Shown here: piece by piece, positions 35,541 through 49,863 of the stretch
Layout: every line of letters starts with the position of its first letter
How positions within the stretch are numbered: the stretch's first letter is position 1
Assembly: GCF_963921235.1 (NCBI RefSeq)
Contig: NC_086097.1
Coordinates: 12,710,001 to 12,774,000 of the forward strand
Source: Mobula hypostoma
Lineage: Eukaryota
Reading direction: 5' to 3'
DNA length: 64,000 nt
Position numbers and translations under genes: made by a program
The notes under the pieces: model-generated
What the model was told of the DNA's origin: nothing
What the model saw: the letters and a program-made list of their open reading frames with translations, nothing else
Database searches by the model: none

Positions 35541-37400
35541 AAAAGTAAACTTAGTATTGAAGTACATGCATGTTACCATATACAACCCCTGAGATTCGTT
35601 TTCTTGCAGGCATACTCAAAAACTCCAATAACCAGAATAGAATCAAGGAATAACCATACCATCAGGGCAGACAATCAGTGTGCAAAAGACAACAAACTGC
35701 AAATATACAAAACCAAATAAACAATAAGTAACAACAGCATGAGATAAAGAGTCTTTAAAGATGAGTCATAGGTTATGGGAGCAGTTTAGTGACGGGGCAA
35801 GTGAAGTTATTACCTCTGGTTCAGGAGCCTGATTGCTGAGGGATAATAACTGTTTCTGAACTTGGTGGTGCGAGACTTGAGGCTCCTGTATGTTCTTCCT
35901 GATGGCAAGAAGAATTCATGGACTGGCTGACGGGAGTCTCCGATGATGGATACTGCTTTCCTGCAACAACTCTCCATGTAGATGTGTTCATTGATGGGGA
36001 GGGATTTACCCGTGATGGACTGGTCCATATCCACTTCTTTTTATTGGATTTTCCATTCAAGGAAATTGGTGTTTCCATACCCAGCTGTGATGCACTGTCA
36101 ATATACTATCCGCCACACATCTATAGAAGTTACTCAAAGTAGTGGATGTCATGCCGAATTTTCACAAATTCTGAAATGTCATATTTTCTTCGTGGTTGCA
36201 CTTATTTGCTGTTCCGGGACAGGTCCTCTGACATGAAAAGACAGAGGAATTTAAAGTTATTGGCCCTCTCCCACCTCTGATCCCTTGATGAGGACTGGCT
36301 CACGGACTCCCAGTTTCCTCCTCCTAAAGTCGATAAACATCCCCTTGGTCTTGCTGACATTGAGCAAGAAGTTGTTGTTATGGCACCACCTAACCAGATC
36401 TTCAGTCTCCGTCTTATATGCTGTTTCATCACCACCTTTGATTTTGCCAGTGACAATGGTGTTGTCAGTAGACTTAAATATGGCATTGAAGCTGTGCTTA
36501 GCCTCACAGTCATACGTATAAAGAGATTAGAGTAGGGAGCTAAGCACACAGCCTTGTGTGCGCTTGTGCTGATGAAGATTGTGGTGGGGATGTTGTTGCC
36601 AATCCAAACTAACTAGGGTTTGCTAGTGAAGAGATTGAGGATCCAATTGCACAAAGAGGTATTTAGGCCAAGGTCTTGAAGCTTATTGATTAGTTGAGGG
36701 GACGATAGTACTGAATGCCAAGCTGTAGACAATAAATAGGACTCTGATGTAGGTACCTTTGTGTCCAGATGTTCCATAGTTGAGTGAAGAGCTAATGAAA
36801 TAGCACCTGCTCTCGACCTGTTGTGCCGATATGCAAATTGGAACAGATCGAAGTCACTTCTCAGGCAAGAGTGGATATGTTTCATCTCTAACATCTCAAA
36901 GCACTTCATCACTGTGGATGTAAGTGCTACTGGACGGTAGTCATTGAGCACGGTTACCACATTCTTCTTAGGCACCAGTAATTGAGGCCTGCTTAAAGCA
37001 GTTTGGTACCTCAGAATGCCGCAGTTAGAGATCTCAGTGAACGCTCCCACCAGTCGATCAGCACAGGTATTCAGTACTCAGTCAGGTGAACCATCTGGGA
37101 TTGATGCTATCAGCAGAGTCACCCTCCTGAAGTATGACGTCACGTTGGCCTCACAGACTGGACTCATTGGGAGCTGTGGGAGTTCGTGATGGTTCCTGAC
37201 ACTTTTGAGTCAAAGCATGCAAAGAAGGCATTGAGCTCATCTGGAAGTAAAGCCCGGTTGGCACCTATATAGGTGACGTGATTTCACTTTATAAGCGGTG
37301 ATGGCATTCAAGCTCTGCAGCCGTCAAGCATTCTTTAACGGATCCAAGTCACTTCTCTGGCGGAATTGATATACTTCATCACCATCCTGTCAAAACACTT
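35541..37400 (-). mobile_element. Decayed Rex1/Babar LINE
   Basis: LNDYRPVALTSTVMKCFE, QFAYR and LCNWIL remnants with frameshifts; the 3' tail is near 35541. Confidence 0.85.
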
Positions 37401-38771
37401 CAAGACTGTGAATCCAAGTGCTGCTAAACGGTAGTCATTGACAGTGTTCTTAGGCTTGGAAACGGGTTCTTTGACCTACTGAGTCCACGGAGAAAAATCA
37501 AATACCCACTGACACCAATCCTACACTAATATCAATTTATCTCCTCTCATTCTCCTTAACTCCCCCAAGGTTCTACCACTCGCCAATGTACTGGAGTTGA
37601 ATGAGAAGCATGGACATTATGCCAGAAGAGTTTGAGCACTACATGCTCTTCTGATCTCCATGTTTTGGAAAGATGTGGCTCACTGGAGAGAGTGCAAAGG
37701 AGATCACCAAGGACGTTGCATGTAAAAGAAAACTTTGCTCTAAGGTCCTATCAGACATGTCTGCTTTGGAATGGAGAAGCAGAGAGGAATAAGGCAAGAT
37801 GTATAAAGTTATGAGAGGCTTTGATTGAATCAATAAGATCTTTTTCCCTTTGGTATGTGGTCTAAAACCAGGAGGCCAACATTTAAAGTGATTGCTAAAA
37901 AGTTAAGAGAGGAAATGAAACAAAGCCTTTTCATCTTCAAGGTGCTAGCGATCCAGAACTCACTGCTGGAGGAGAGAAGTCGAAATTCAAGAGTCTGAAA
38001 GCAGACTGGAAGAACCATAGATAAAATGCTGAGATGTTAAACTAAGTAACTCTTTATTGACATGCACAATCAAGGTGGGAGAATGGCTTTCTCTGAGCTG
38101 TAATTTCCCCATAATCCCATATATATTTAAAAAAATCTTAATTTTAGTACAGAATCTGGAAACTGATTCACAATTTTGTTTCTCCCACAATTCAGGAAAT
38201 CAAAAACATTGGCATTTTGCTCCTAATTAAGTGGAAGGAGTGTATTTTTTTTTACAAATGTGGAAGTGATTTATTTCTAAAGTAAAAGATTTTCAAAGTT
38301 GGTGATGTATTATGGAAAATGCCAAGGTTGAAGATTTCATTTATTTTTGATTTTCATTCAAAGTTTAATACTCATTCATTTCTGAGCTCTGCGGACACTA
38401 TTAATATTTTTTGTTCACTGATTAAATTATTTGAGGAATACCTTGGGTAACTACTGAGCCTCACACAAGAGTGAATGAGTTAATAGGCAAGGGAGGCAGA
38501 AAATAATTTATTCTTTTAAATTTCATTTAGTTATACAGCACAGTAACAGGCCCTTTCGGCTGAAGAAGCAAGTGATCCCCAATTACAATGAGAGTACTAT
38601 GTCTTTGTATGCAGGTCTTTTGGAATGCAGAAGGCAGCTGGAGCACCCAGAGGAAACCAACGTGATCATGGAGAGATTGTACAAACTTCCTGAAGCCGGC
38701 AGTGAGGTGAAATTGAACTCTGGTAGTTGTTGCCGCACTAACCACTGCACTATTGTGCTGTTCCACAATAA

Positions 38772-39190
38772 GGGTGAAAGAGTACAGAGAAAACTTACAA
38801 GGATGTTGCCAGAACTGGAGGACCTGAGTTATAAGGAAGGATTGAATAGATTAGAACTTTATTTCTTGGAATGCAGAAGGTTGAGAGGAGATTTGATAGA
38901 GGTGTACAAAATTATGAGGGGTATAGACGGAATAAATGCAAGCAGGCTTTTTCCACTGAGGTTGGGTGGGGCTACAATCAGAGGTCATGGGTTGAGGGTG
39001 AAAGGTGAAAAGTTTAAGGGGAACAGGAGGGGAAACTTCTTCACTCAGAGGTCATAAGAGTGTGGAAGTTTAAGGGAAGTTTGGGTAGGTACATGGATGG
39101 TAGGGATATGGAGAGCAATGGTCCCTGTGCAGATTGATGGGAGTTGGTAGTTTAACTGGTTTGGCATGGACTAAATGGGCTGAACGCCCT
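38772..39190 (+). mobile_element. Old CR1 3' fragment
   Basis: ERVQRKLTRMLP...RRLRGDLIEVYKI. Similar fragments lie at ~37680-38040, 50862-51785 and 58445-58715(-). Confidence 0.85.
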
Positions 39191-39593
39191 GAAGCAGGTC
39201 TTGACTCGAAATGCTAACTGTTTACTTGTTTCCGTAGATGCTGCCTGACCTGCTGAGTTCCACTGGCATGTTTTGTGCATGTTGCTTTGGATTTGCAGCA
39301 TCTGCAGATTTTCTCATGTTAGTATTAAAACTACTCTCTCCTCCCACAGATCTTGCTGACCAGCTCTATTTTTTTCCCCCAGTTGTCTGGTATCCACAGT
39401 GCCTTCTTTCCAATTAAGTTGCAGTCTCAACAGAAAACATCAATAGTTGTTAGGCACCATCTGTGAGGAGAAGAGCAGATTTAAAGCTTCAGGTATAAAG
39501 CATTAAGTTTGTTTCTTCTCCCCACAGAGGCTGTCTACACATGTTGAGTATTTCCAGTGAGCTGTTTGTATTTTTGACTTCCAGCATCCAGAC

Positions 39594-39670
39594 CATTTTG
39601 CTCTTGGATTGAAGTTCCAATAGCAAGACTCTGTAATAAGCAGCAGGGTCTTGACAGACAAGGAGAACAA
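39594..39670 (-). CDS. Candidate internal exon (VVLLVCQDPAAYYRVLLLELQSKSKM)
   Basis: Strong acceptor ttttccctctatatAG, weak donor GTCTGG; 77 nt, phase 1 to 0. Confidence 0.35.
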
Positions 39671-41067
39671 CTATATAGAGGGAAAACAAAGCTACAGTCA
39701 TTCTTCATTGGCAAGGTTTTCAAAAGGGATAATGACAGTGAAACTCGCCACTAAAAATACCGAGCAGCATGAACAGGCAATATTGCTGCTGAAAGGCAGC
39801 AGCTGCTTCGTGCTCGCACAAACTTCAAGTGCACCTCCACAAGATGTTAGGCCAACTGCAGTTGCAGAGCTGCCTCAGAGAGGAAGGGTTGCCTTTGCTT
39901 AAGTGACTAGGCAGCATTCCTGTTGTGTCTGTCCAGCAAAGGCATAAAGGATCGTTACAGTGGATTCTATTGATCTACAACCCTTCTCCACCTCGCACTG
40001 ACTAGCATATCGTTCCAGTCATGAATCAGCCCTCAAGAACACATCAAAATAAGAAACAAAATGCTGTAAATTCTGGATAACCGAGATAGCACAACATTCT
40101 TCAAATACTCAGTGCACTGAGGTTATTTATAGTGTTTTTTTTTGTATAATGATATTGCAGCTGATGTCCTTTTGATCAGAGATTGTAGATTTAATCATTT
40201 TGAAGTGCCAAGTCTAAAGAAAGAGAGAGGAGTTAATAACATAAGAACAAGACTTGAGTATTTTAGGACAGAAGTGGTTAAATGGTGAAAGCAATGATTG
40301 TATGAGCTGATGACATGTGAAGAGAAACAAGGAGACAGTGACAGAATTGTAACCAGTACTCGTTATCTGAAAACAAAATGGAAGTGACAGTTATAATCTC
40401 AGGTTTGTGAAATTGCTTATTGAGTCACCAGGTCTCTAAAAGGGCCTAATCGAAAGAGGAGGTGCAGTTAATTTAGTTTCTAAGTTTACATTTATCTTTT
40501 TTGGAACAGTATTTGAGGTGGAGGGCAAAGAGGTCAGAATGGCAGCGTAGTGCTTACACAATGCTTTACAGTACCAGCGACAAGGGTTCAATTCCCACCG
40601 CTGCCCGTAAGGCCTTTGTACGTTCTCCCCGTGACTGCGTGAGTTTCCTTCGGGCGTTCCGGTTTCCTTCCGCAGTCCAAAGACTTATCGGCTGTTAGGT
40701 TAGTTGGTCAGTTAGTTGTCCTGTAATTAGGCTAGGGTTAAATCGGGTGTTGCTGGTTGGCCTGGCTCGAAGGCCCTGTTCCATGCTGTATCTCAATAAA
40801 TAAATAAAGCAACACTATTACAGCTTGGGGCATTGGAGTGCTGAGTTCAGTTCTGGCATCCTCTGGAAAAAGTCTGTACAGCCTTCTCGCGAATGCATAG
40901 ATTTCCTCTGGGTGCTCAGGTTTCCTCCCACATTCCAAACATGTACCAGTTTATAGGTTAATTGATCATTGTAAATTGCCCTAGGGTTTACAATTAAGCT
41001 AAGGTTAAATAGATGGGTTGCTGGGTAGTGTGGCTTGAGGGATAGAAAGTCCTGTCATGCACTGTTT

Positions 41068-41517
41068 GGGTTGGGTGCTCCTTATCCGATATGCTTGGGC
41101 TGGATGTCTTTTGGAATATTTGCATCTCTATAATGAGACAGCTTGCAGATGGGACCCAAGTCAAAACACTACATCTACCCTGAAGGTAGTTTTATACAAT
41201 TTTTAATAACTTTGTGCATGAAACAAGAATGTGTACTTTGAACCATCAGGAAGGTAAGCCATTGCTATTTCAGCCACACAGCTGGACATTTAGTGGCTGT
41301 TGGCCAGTACCATCATTCCTGGCTCTGAATTTATGTGCTACTGGTGATGACCGCTGACCAACTGGGCTCCACTCAGGCTGCATGAAGATACTGCTCAGAA
41401 ACCTGCACATCTCCTGGGAATCTTCCCAGCACTGTGTGGAATTTTCCATTTTGTGGCATCACGTCAGCACTCAATACAATTTTAGATTTTGGGAGGCAGA
41501 TAAGGTGTGCTCGACCC
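41068..41517. mobile_element. Tigger-like MITE
   Basis: Imperfect terminal inverted repeats GGGTTGGGTGCTCCTTATC / GATAAGGTGTGCTCGACCC. Confidence 0.6.
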
Positions 41518-41735
41518 ATATCTTTAAATAAGAAAAAATAAATAAACACTACCACCTAATCTGCATTCAGTCTCCAGAACTGAAAAAAAGAAACCGCCAT
41601 GAGGGAGAAAAATGCTAAGGTGCAAAATCTGACAACAGAACAAGTTACTTAATGTGGAATGTAACAAGAGAACTTGGGGCACTGGCTGGCAGGAAGAGAG
41701 GAAGTGAAAAGATGAATGATGTCTTCTCTTTTTAC

Positions 41736-41808
41736 CTATGTTTAATAGGTCATCCTTGGTGAAGTCCATCAACACAGGGGTGCCAGCAAAATCATCTTTC
41801 CTACTCTC
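41736..41808 (-). CDS. Candidate internal exon (ESRKDDFAGTPVLMDFTKDDLLNI)
   Basis: 73 nt, phase 0 to 1, donor AG|GTAAAA. Confidence 0.4.
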
Positions 41809-42141
41809 CTAGACTCTAAAGGGACAGTTACCTCCACAGCACAATTCTACTACCTTCCCTCACCAATACATATACGAAAAACAACAAGTTATTCTCTCAC
41901 TCTCACCTTCCCACTGTTGAAGGTACCACTTTATTTCCTTCAGGTGAAACAGCTTCACCAACCTGAAATATTTTCTCCCTTTCTCCTCTTCTCCCTTCAG
42001 ATGCTGGCTGACTTGTTGTGCTTTCCACTTTTCCAAAACATCTCAAAAATGAACACTGTAGACTCAAGTACTGACAAAAGAGGGCACTAGTTTTACACAG
42101 TGACACTCACTAGACTTTTTTTTAAGACTTGAGAGACCCAC

Positions 42142-42291
42142 ATGTCCTTCAGTAGAACCATACGTCAAAACTTCTCTTAAAAGGGTAATATCAAATTTTG
42201 AGCTGGCCAATTTTGCTGTACCAACTGTCAGGAGTGTAGCCTTTTTAAGTTTCTCACAACTAAAATCTCCTCTGCTCATTTCTGTGGACAC
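42142..42291 (-). CDS. Candidate internal exon (VSTEMSRGDFSCEKLKKATLLTVGTAKLASSKFDITLLREVLTYGSTEGH)
   Basis: 150 nt, phase 0 to 0, acceptor aacAG, donor GTGGGT. Confidence 0.4.
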
Positions 42292-43774
42292 CTGTTCTGT
42301 TAAGTGTGTAATAATAAGGGTCGTTTTCAGTTAAGTGCTCAGTTTTGCATTCTCTACCAATCCCCATTTCCACCTTTGAAAATGCTAATCTGTTAAACTG
42401 AGCTAATTATGGGAACAATTATCATGCCCTTTTCTTCTATCTGTGAGAACCCAGCCATATCTTTAACTGTTTCCTGACTAGTATGACCCAAAACAACTAC
42501 ATGTTCCACTCTTCAGAAGACACTTTGAACTCTATTGCTTCCAGAAGAACTTGCTGAGGAAGCTGTTGATCCACCTCAATCATTCCAGAGGCTGGGAATC
42601 AAATTAGGTTTAAAGCAATCAAATTACGGGAATGCACCATCGCAATTGAAAGACATCTAAAACTGAAGAGGTGCTTGGTAGAATAAAGCAAGAAATACTG
42701 GAAGTAATCAACGTGAACTTATAATTCTATTTCTTTCACCACAGTTTCTGCTTATATTGTTGAGTAGCTAGGCACTTCTTGTTTAATTTCAGATTTCTAG
42801 CATTATTTCCATCAGCAAAGCAAATTCCCATTGAGGGAATATGTGCTGGGATTCCTTATGGGGTGAAATATGTGACATATATGTACTCGTTTAATAAATT
42901 TACTTTAATGTCTTATGGTCTCATTGTCTTCCCACAACTTTTGGCACCCACAATAATAACATAGAACTACATATACTAAGTGTTAACCTTACTCATTTCA
43001 ATCAGGGATAATGTAAGTCATTATTTGTCCCATCTGATGTCTGATTTTTTTTAAAAGTCTGGGTTGATATTCTCCTAATCCCTGTAATATAACTCCACTA
43101 GTGATCAAATTGCGGTGCCTTGGTAGAGTAGCAGTAGCAACTCTCTTACAGCTCGGGGCATTAGAATTTTTTTCCGGTGCTGTCTTTAAATCCTTCCTAT
43201 GGGTTTTACGCTTGGGTTTTCCCCGAGAGCTCTGGTTTCCTCCCACAGACCAAAGATATTCTGGGTAGGTTAATTGGTCATTGTAAATTGTCCCGTGTCC
43301 CGTTTGCTTGGGGTTTCTGGGGTGGCCTAGCTCAAAGTGCCAGAATGGCCTATGTCCACACTGCGTCTCTAAATAGATAAATAAATTCACTAGCAGTCAA
43401 ACCAGATCTTCAGGGATAGAAATTCATCCAAGTCAGAGAGTCATAGTCACACGATGCAGAAACAGGCTCACCAAGTCTGTGTCGACCATTAAGCACTCAT
43501 TTACACCGACCCTGCTCTAATCCCATTTTGTTCTTCCAACTTCAGATTCTACCACCTATCTATTCTTGTGGCAATTTACTGTGGTGAATTAATGTACCAA
43601 GCAGCAGGACTTTGGGATGTGGGATGAAAATGGAGTGTGAGGCAAAAGGGAGAACATGCAGACTCTACACAGCTCCTGAGGTCTGGTATGAACCTAAATT
43701 AATGGCCCTGTGAGGCAGCAATTCTACTAGCTTCCCCCTTGTATACCCATATCTGCTCTTCTTTTGATTTCTAT

Positions 43775-44975
43775 TTGAATTGAATTGATCTTATTTCTTA
43801 CATCCTTCACATACATGAGGAGTGAAAGTCTTTACATTATATCTCCATCTAAATGTGCAATGTGCAGTCATAGTAATTTATAGGAAATAGAACAGTCAAT
43901 GTAATGTAGAGTACACTCAAGTCAGCGTGAGCTCATCAGTCTGATGTCCTGGTGGAAGAAGCTGTGCGGGAGCCTGTTGGTCCTGGCTTTTATGCTGGGG
44001 TACTGCTTCCCGGATGGTAGCAGTTGGAATAGATTGTGGTTGGGGTGACTCGGGTTCCCAATGATCCCACAGGCCCTTTTTACTCACCTGTCTTTGTAAA
44101 TGTCCTGAATCATGGGAAGCTCACAATTGCAGATGCACTGGACCTTCCGCACCACTCTCTGCAGAGTCCTGCGATTAAGGGAGGTACGGTTCCCATACCA
44201 GGCAGTGATGCAGCCAGTCAGGATACTGTCAATTGTGCCCCTGTAGAAAGTTCTTAGGACTTGGGGGTCCATACTAAACTTCCTTCACTGTCTGAGGTGA
44301 AGGAGCTGCTGTTGTGCCTTTTTCACCACACAGCTGGTGTGTACAGACCACGTGAGGTCCTCTGTGATGTGGATGTCGAGGAACTTGAAGCTATTTCCCC
44401 ACTCAACCCCAGATGCATTGATGTCAATAGGGGTTAGCCCGTCTCCGTTCCTCCTGTAATCCACAACCAGCTCCTTTGTTTTTGCAACATTGAGGGAGAG
44501 GTTGTTTCCTTGACACCACTGTGTCAGAGAGATGACTTCTTCCCTGTAGGCCACCTCATTATTGTTTGAGATAAGGCCAATCAATGTAGAGTCGTTGGTA
44601 AATTTAATTAGCAGATTGGAGCTGTGGGTGGCAATACAGTCATGGGTATAGAGGGAGTAAAGGAGGGGCCTCAGTACGCAGTCCTGAGGGGCTCCTGTAT
44701 TGAGAGTGAGAGGGGTGGAGGTGAGGGAGTCCACTCTTACCACCTGCTGGTGATCTGACAGGAAGTCCAGGATCCAGTTGCACAAGGCAGGGTCAAGGCC
44801 GAGGTCTCTGAGCTTCTTGTCAAGCCTGGATGGAACTATGGTGTTGAATGCTGAACTGTAGTCCAAGAACAGCATTTCTCACACAAGCATCCTTCTTCTC
44901 CAGATGTGTAAGGTTGGTATGTAGAGCAGTGGCTATTGCGTCATCTGTCGATCGGTTGTATCAGTAGGCAAATTC
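43775..44975 (-). mobile_element. Rex1/Babar LINE, 5'-truncated
   Basis: MLFLDYSSAFNT, TGAPQ and IKFTND (mutated catalytic motif), with a (TTCAA)n-type tail. Confidence 0.9.
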
Positions 44976-47171
44976 AGGTTTATTGTTATTGAACAGTATA
45001 CATGCTACCACCAAATGAAATAATGTTCCTCCTGAGCAAATTGCACAACCCAGTACATGTAACTCGGGTACAACTGGAAATAAATTAACAAATATTATAC
45101 TGCAGTTACGACATAAATCAAAAAGTAAACAGTATACTCTACTGGAGTTTCATACGTGATGAAGCCTGGATAGTGTCAGGGAGTCTTACAGCCTGAGAGG
45201 AGAAGCTGTTTCCCATCCTAACAGTCCTTTTCCCAATGCTGTGGTACCTCCTGGCTGATGGTAGGAAGTCAAAGAGATTGTTGGATGGATGGAAGGGACC
45301 CTTATTAATCATTATCATTAAGGAACACATTTGTCCAGGTATGAATAATCTTTCTGCTCAGATCTTGCCACAAGTATTTTTTAATGTCCATATACTTAGG
45401 GAAACTAAATTTCAGTTTTTGACCATTTATATCAAGTGATAACATCTGACCCAATATAACACTCCCACTCCCACAAGTACTGAAAACATTGCACAAACTA
45501 TATCCACATGGTCATTATGAAACCATGACCTGGCGATTTAGAATGATTTTTAACTGAATAGATGTGCAAACAAAGTTGCTTGTACAATGGATTTTGTTCC
45601 CATAGAGAATCAAAATGTCATTCAACGGTGTCCAACACGTCACCAGCAACAGCTTACCCAGCATCAAGGGCATAGATACATTACTGCCGAGAAAAGGGCC
45701 AGTAATGCTATGAAGGATCCCACCCACCCTGCTTGGACTGTTTAACCCACTCCCATCAGGGAAAAAGCTGCATAGCATCCACACAAAAACCACCAGACTT
45801 AAACAACAGTTACTTTGCTCAAGCAGTAAGGCCAATAAATACCTTCAGCCACAAACCCATCCCACCACCATACTTGATCATTTCCTCAGTTTCCTTATGT
45901 ACAGACCCTCCTGTACCAAGTGTCACTTTATGTATTTGTATTTATTGTGTGTTTTTTTTATTATTTTGTTCTTTACTTACTGTGCTTTTTGGGCTCTTTA
46001 AAATCCAGAGTAACAATTACTTAATTCTCCTTTACACTTGTGTACTGGAAATATCATTAAGCAATCTTGAATCTTGAATTTGTAACACTATAATATTTTT
46101 TGACAGATTCGTCTGAACTGCTTCAACAAAGCATTTTGAACCTTTGAGTGTATATTTATAACTTCAGCAAATACATTTGTTAAATGCCCATTTTCTAGAC
46201 CTTGGTGTTAAACTATTGTACAGATTGCTCTCAGTTAATTGGGCTTAACTATCTGAAGTTGCTCACGCACAGGCTTTCTGAGAACACAGCTCTGGTAGAA
46301 CTGTTTCTTAAGTGGTTTAGAGTCAAGGAAAATTCTTTGAATCTGACTGGCCAAGCAGTTGGTAAGGTCACCTCTACACAATGTTCCCGCATGGCTGGAG
46401 AGTTCTAAATCCACTTACAACTGAATTTACAGCTCTCGGTCTCTTGGGAAGTCTAGTTAAGTACAAACACATCTCTTAAAAAATTACAATATTAATAAGA
46501 TTTGTTTTTTTTTTTGCCTAGATGTTTGCAGTTGATCCACAGACATGACTTCAAATCCCACGAAAGCAGTCCTGGAATTTAATTTCAAGTAATTAAATAA
46601 AATCTAAGATCTGGAATTTATTTTATTTAGAGATACAGCGCGGAACAGGGTCTCCTGGTCCAACGAGCCGTGCTGCCCAGCAACCCACCTATATAACCCT
46701 TGCCAAATCACGGAACAATTTACAACGACCAATTAATCTACTTAACTGGTACGTCTTTGGACAATGATGGCGATTGAACCCGGTCTGCTAGCTCTGTAAT
46801 AGTGTTACACTAACTGCAATGCTACCATGCCACCCCAATTAAAGTAAAAAGTTAGTCACATACTTTGAAAATAGTGGATTGTTGTTTAACATACTGTACT
46901 GTCTAAAAGACTTAGGCACATATATATAACTAGGGTGCCTAAAACTTTTGTATTGTACTGTAGTAATCTGATATATTGCACTGTACTGCTGCCACAAAAA
47001 AAATCATGACATAAGACTTTTACACAGTACATAATATTCATTAATGTCCTTAAGAGAAGCAAACCTGGTATGGTCTCCATATGATCCTCAAAACCAGCAA
47101 TGTAGTTCACTTTTGATTGCCTTCAGGGTAATGGGTCATTAGGGATAGACAATAAATACCGGCATTGTTAA

Positions 47172-47545
47172 TGATAAGGTGGCGAGGTGGAGATATGTCT
47201 CTACCAAAGGAGGTGTAAGGCGCTTCTTCCCTCTACTGGACTGCAGATCACCCTTAGGCAAGGGGTAGCACCTGGTTAGCCCCTGAACAGGGTCATGTGA
47301 AGCTTTGGGAGCAGGTGGTGGGTGGTTGTATGAGCGAACAGTGCATATCACAAGTGGTGGTTATGCAACCACTGACGCCAGGCAGACAATCACTGAAGAG
47401 TATTGATAATGGCTGGGGTCACCCGTCTTGTAAAGACACTGCCCAGAAGAAGGCAATGGCAAACCACTTCTGTAGAAATATTTGCCAAGAACCATCATGG
47501 CCATGGAGACCATGATCGCCCATGTCATATGATAGGGCACATAAG
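47172..47545 (+). mobile_element. Probable RTE-related non-autonomous retroposon
   Basis: Contains GAAGAAGGCAATGGCAAACCAC...TTGCCAAGA, resembling RTE/BovB-type terminal sequence. Confidence 0.5.
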
Positions 47546-47612
47546 GAATGAACTACCAGTGATGACAGTTACTCAGAGATGAACAAAGGAAACCTTGATG
47601 TGTGGTATGAAG

Positions 47613-47985
47613 GTCATCATCATAGCTTGTCACACTAGCCAGCCACTCTAGCGTTGTTTGGTCGATGTTGAGCAGGTCAGTGTCAGCTAAATCAGGTGAG
47701 AGTGGGCAGTTGCGCAGAACGTGTTCAATGTTCTGCACCCTTTCGCCACACTCACAGGATTCTCTGGTCTTTAAACCCCACTTCACCATATTGTCTCCCG
47801 TCCTACAAACTCCCACTCTTGCTCTGTTGAGAGTGCACCACTTCCGTCTGTCAAACAGTGCCCTGTCTGGCAACATTTCTGTGGGGTCTTGCACTGTATT
47901 GTTTGGTGGGGTTCTGGCTTCTGTTTGTTGCCAGAGGTCAATCCTGTATGTTTGGGGGGATGTTCCAAGCAATAGTTCCTCCACT
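47613..47985 (-). mobile_element. Vingi/Ingi-like LINE 3' fragment
   Basis: WCTLNRARVGV...KWG...CECG...EHVLRNCP zinc knuckle, followed by a (TGA)n tail. Confidence 0.65.
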
Positions 47986-49016
47986 CTAGCAAATCTTGTA
48001 TGAAGGTAAAAGGCAAAATAAGGGCACAATTGTCATTAACAAATGGAAAGTTTGATTTTAATCAATTTAATATGATTTTATGAATAATTTTTTCCACTTA
48101 GTCTCTGAGTTGGTGGGGTTAGTGTTCTTGCTGATAAGTTAGAAATGTGCATTTAATCCCTGCACTGGAAAATTGAGCAGAAAGCTGTAATTGCCAAAGA
48201 GCTAAGATGCTGGACATGGTGTCTTTCAGATGAGCCCGTTTTCTGTGCCAGTTTAATGTAAAAAAAATTCTGTGCTGCAACATTTTAGAGCTAATAAGTT
48301 ATCTATTGTATAATTTTCATCCTCCAATAAGCATGGATTATCTGCTGACACAGGCGACTGCATGTTGGAATCTCGAGCAACAGGATGGAGGGTCTCGACC
48401 AGAAACATCGGCTGTCGATTTCCCCCCCACGTCATCTGCTATTTATTCTAGAGCAGTTCTGGGAGTATCACATGTGTGGATTGCATCTCACATTTCCAAC
48501 AATAGTTACAACACTTCCAAACTTCTGCATAGGGTTAAAACACGTTAGACTATCTTAAAGTCGTGAATTATGTCACATACAGTAGTAATTTTATGTATTG
48601 CACTGAATAGCTGCCACAAAAGAAAACATATGTGAGTGATGATAAAGCTGATTCTGATATGGGTCTCTATTGTGGACTGATAGAGGGAAGGGACCAACGA
48701 GAGGCGAATCATGGTTGGGAAAAGGGGAAGGGAGAGGGGAGAGAGTGGAAAGCATCAGAGAGACATTCTGTAATGATCAATAAACCAATTGATTGGAACC
48801 AAATAACCTTACCTGGTGTCTCAGGGCTGGGTGTGTCTACAACCCCCCCCCCCCCAATGTCCCTGGCACTCCTTATCTGCCACCTGTCCTGCATCCTTCC
48901 TGCGCCTCTACACCCTCACCATTCAGGGCATCCTTTGCTCCCAACAGATTTACAAACGCACTTTCTACTCCTTGTTAACAAATACAGTACCGTGCAAAAG
49001 TTTTACGTGCCTGAGC

Positions 49017-49068
<52 letters not shown>
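49017..49068. repeat. (TA)n(TG)n microsatellite in a hairpin loop
   Basis: Read directly from the sequence. Confidence 0.95.
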
Positions 49069-49070
<2 letters not shown>

Positions 49071-49863
49071 TAAGACTTTTGCACAGTATTGTCTATGAAG
49101 CCTTTTTATTTCTTTACTTCAGTGGCCCTGATGCTACATTGAAAATATAATTTATTGCCTCTATGAATGATAAGGATTTTTATGCTTCCATAATTCAGAC
49201 AATTTTCTTCAATCCCACTGTCACATGGTCCATCTGCTGGTGTGCTCTACTGTGAAGAAAATATACAAATGGACAGAAGTGACCAATGAACAGACCAATA
49301 CCCCTGCTACCCCTATTCAGAATGGAAGCACTAATCTGCAATTATGATCCAATGTTTAGTAAAAGGTAGTAGAAGATGTTATGCTTTGTAGCTTGGAATT
49401 GTTAAACTATTTCCAATGAAGACATGGCAGTCCGAAATGCAGGTTTAATTTCATATGTACTTTAAGTGAAGTGCAAACGTATCACATGGTAGCGTGGTGA
49501 TGCATGCAGTTCATGTATTTATACATATAACCCATAATGGATTATTTAAATGAACAGAAATGCCTAATCAACCAATATATATACAAGATTATTCAAACAT
49601 TATTAAATATTAAATACACAACAAAGGAATTGCTACATTTTCTGCTGAGTAAGAGAAACTATCTCTGTAAATGTGGTGACAGTATTTGTGACAGTATGTA
49701 TTCAGGTTTGCCTGTTCATCTTGGGTTTGGTGACTATCAGACACAGGAGCCTACATCTGTATCTTTGTGGAACAAAGTGAGCACAGCTGTCAAAGATGGA
49801 AAATAATAATCCTTGCAAACAGCAAGTTGTTTGTCTTGTTTTTCAGTTTAACTTTTAAAGCCG

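Noticed and set aside
46198..46360. Plus-strand open segment with AG/GT boundaries
   Set aside because: It overlaps equally plausible minus-strand readings and no plus-strand chain was found.
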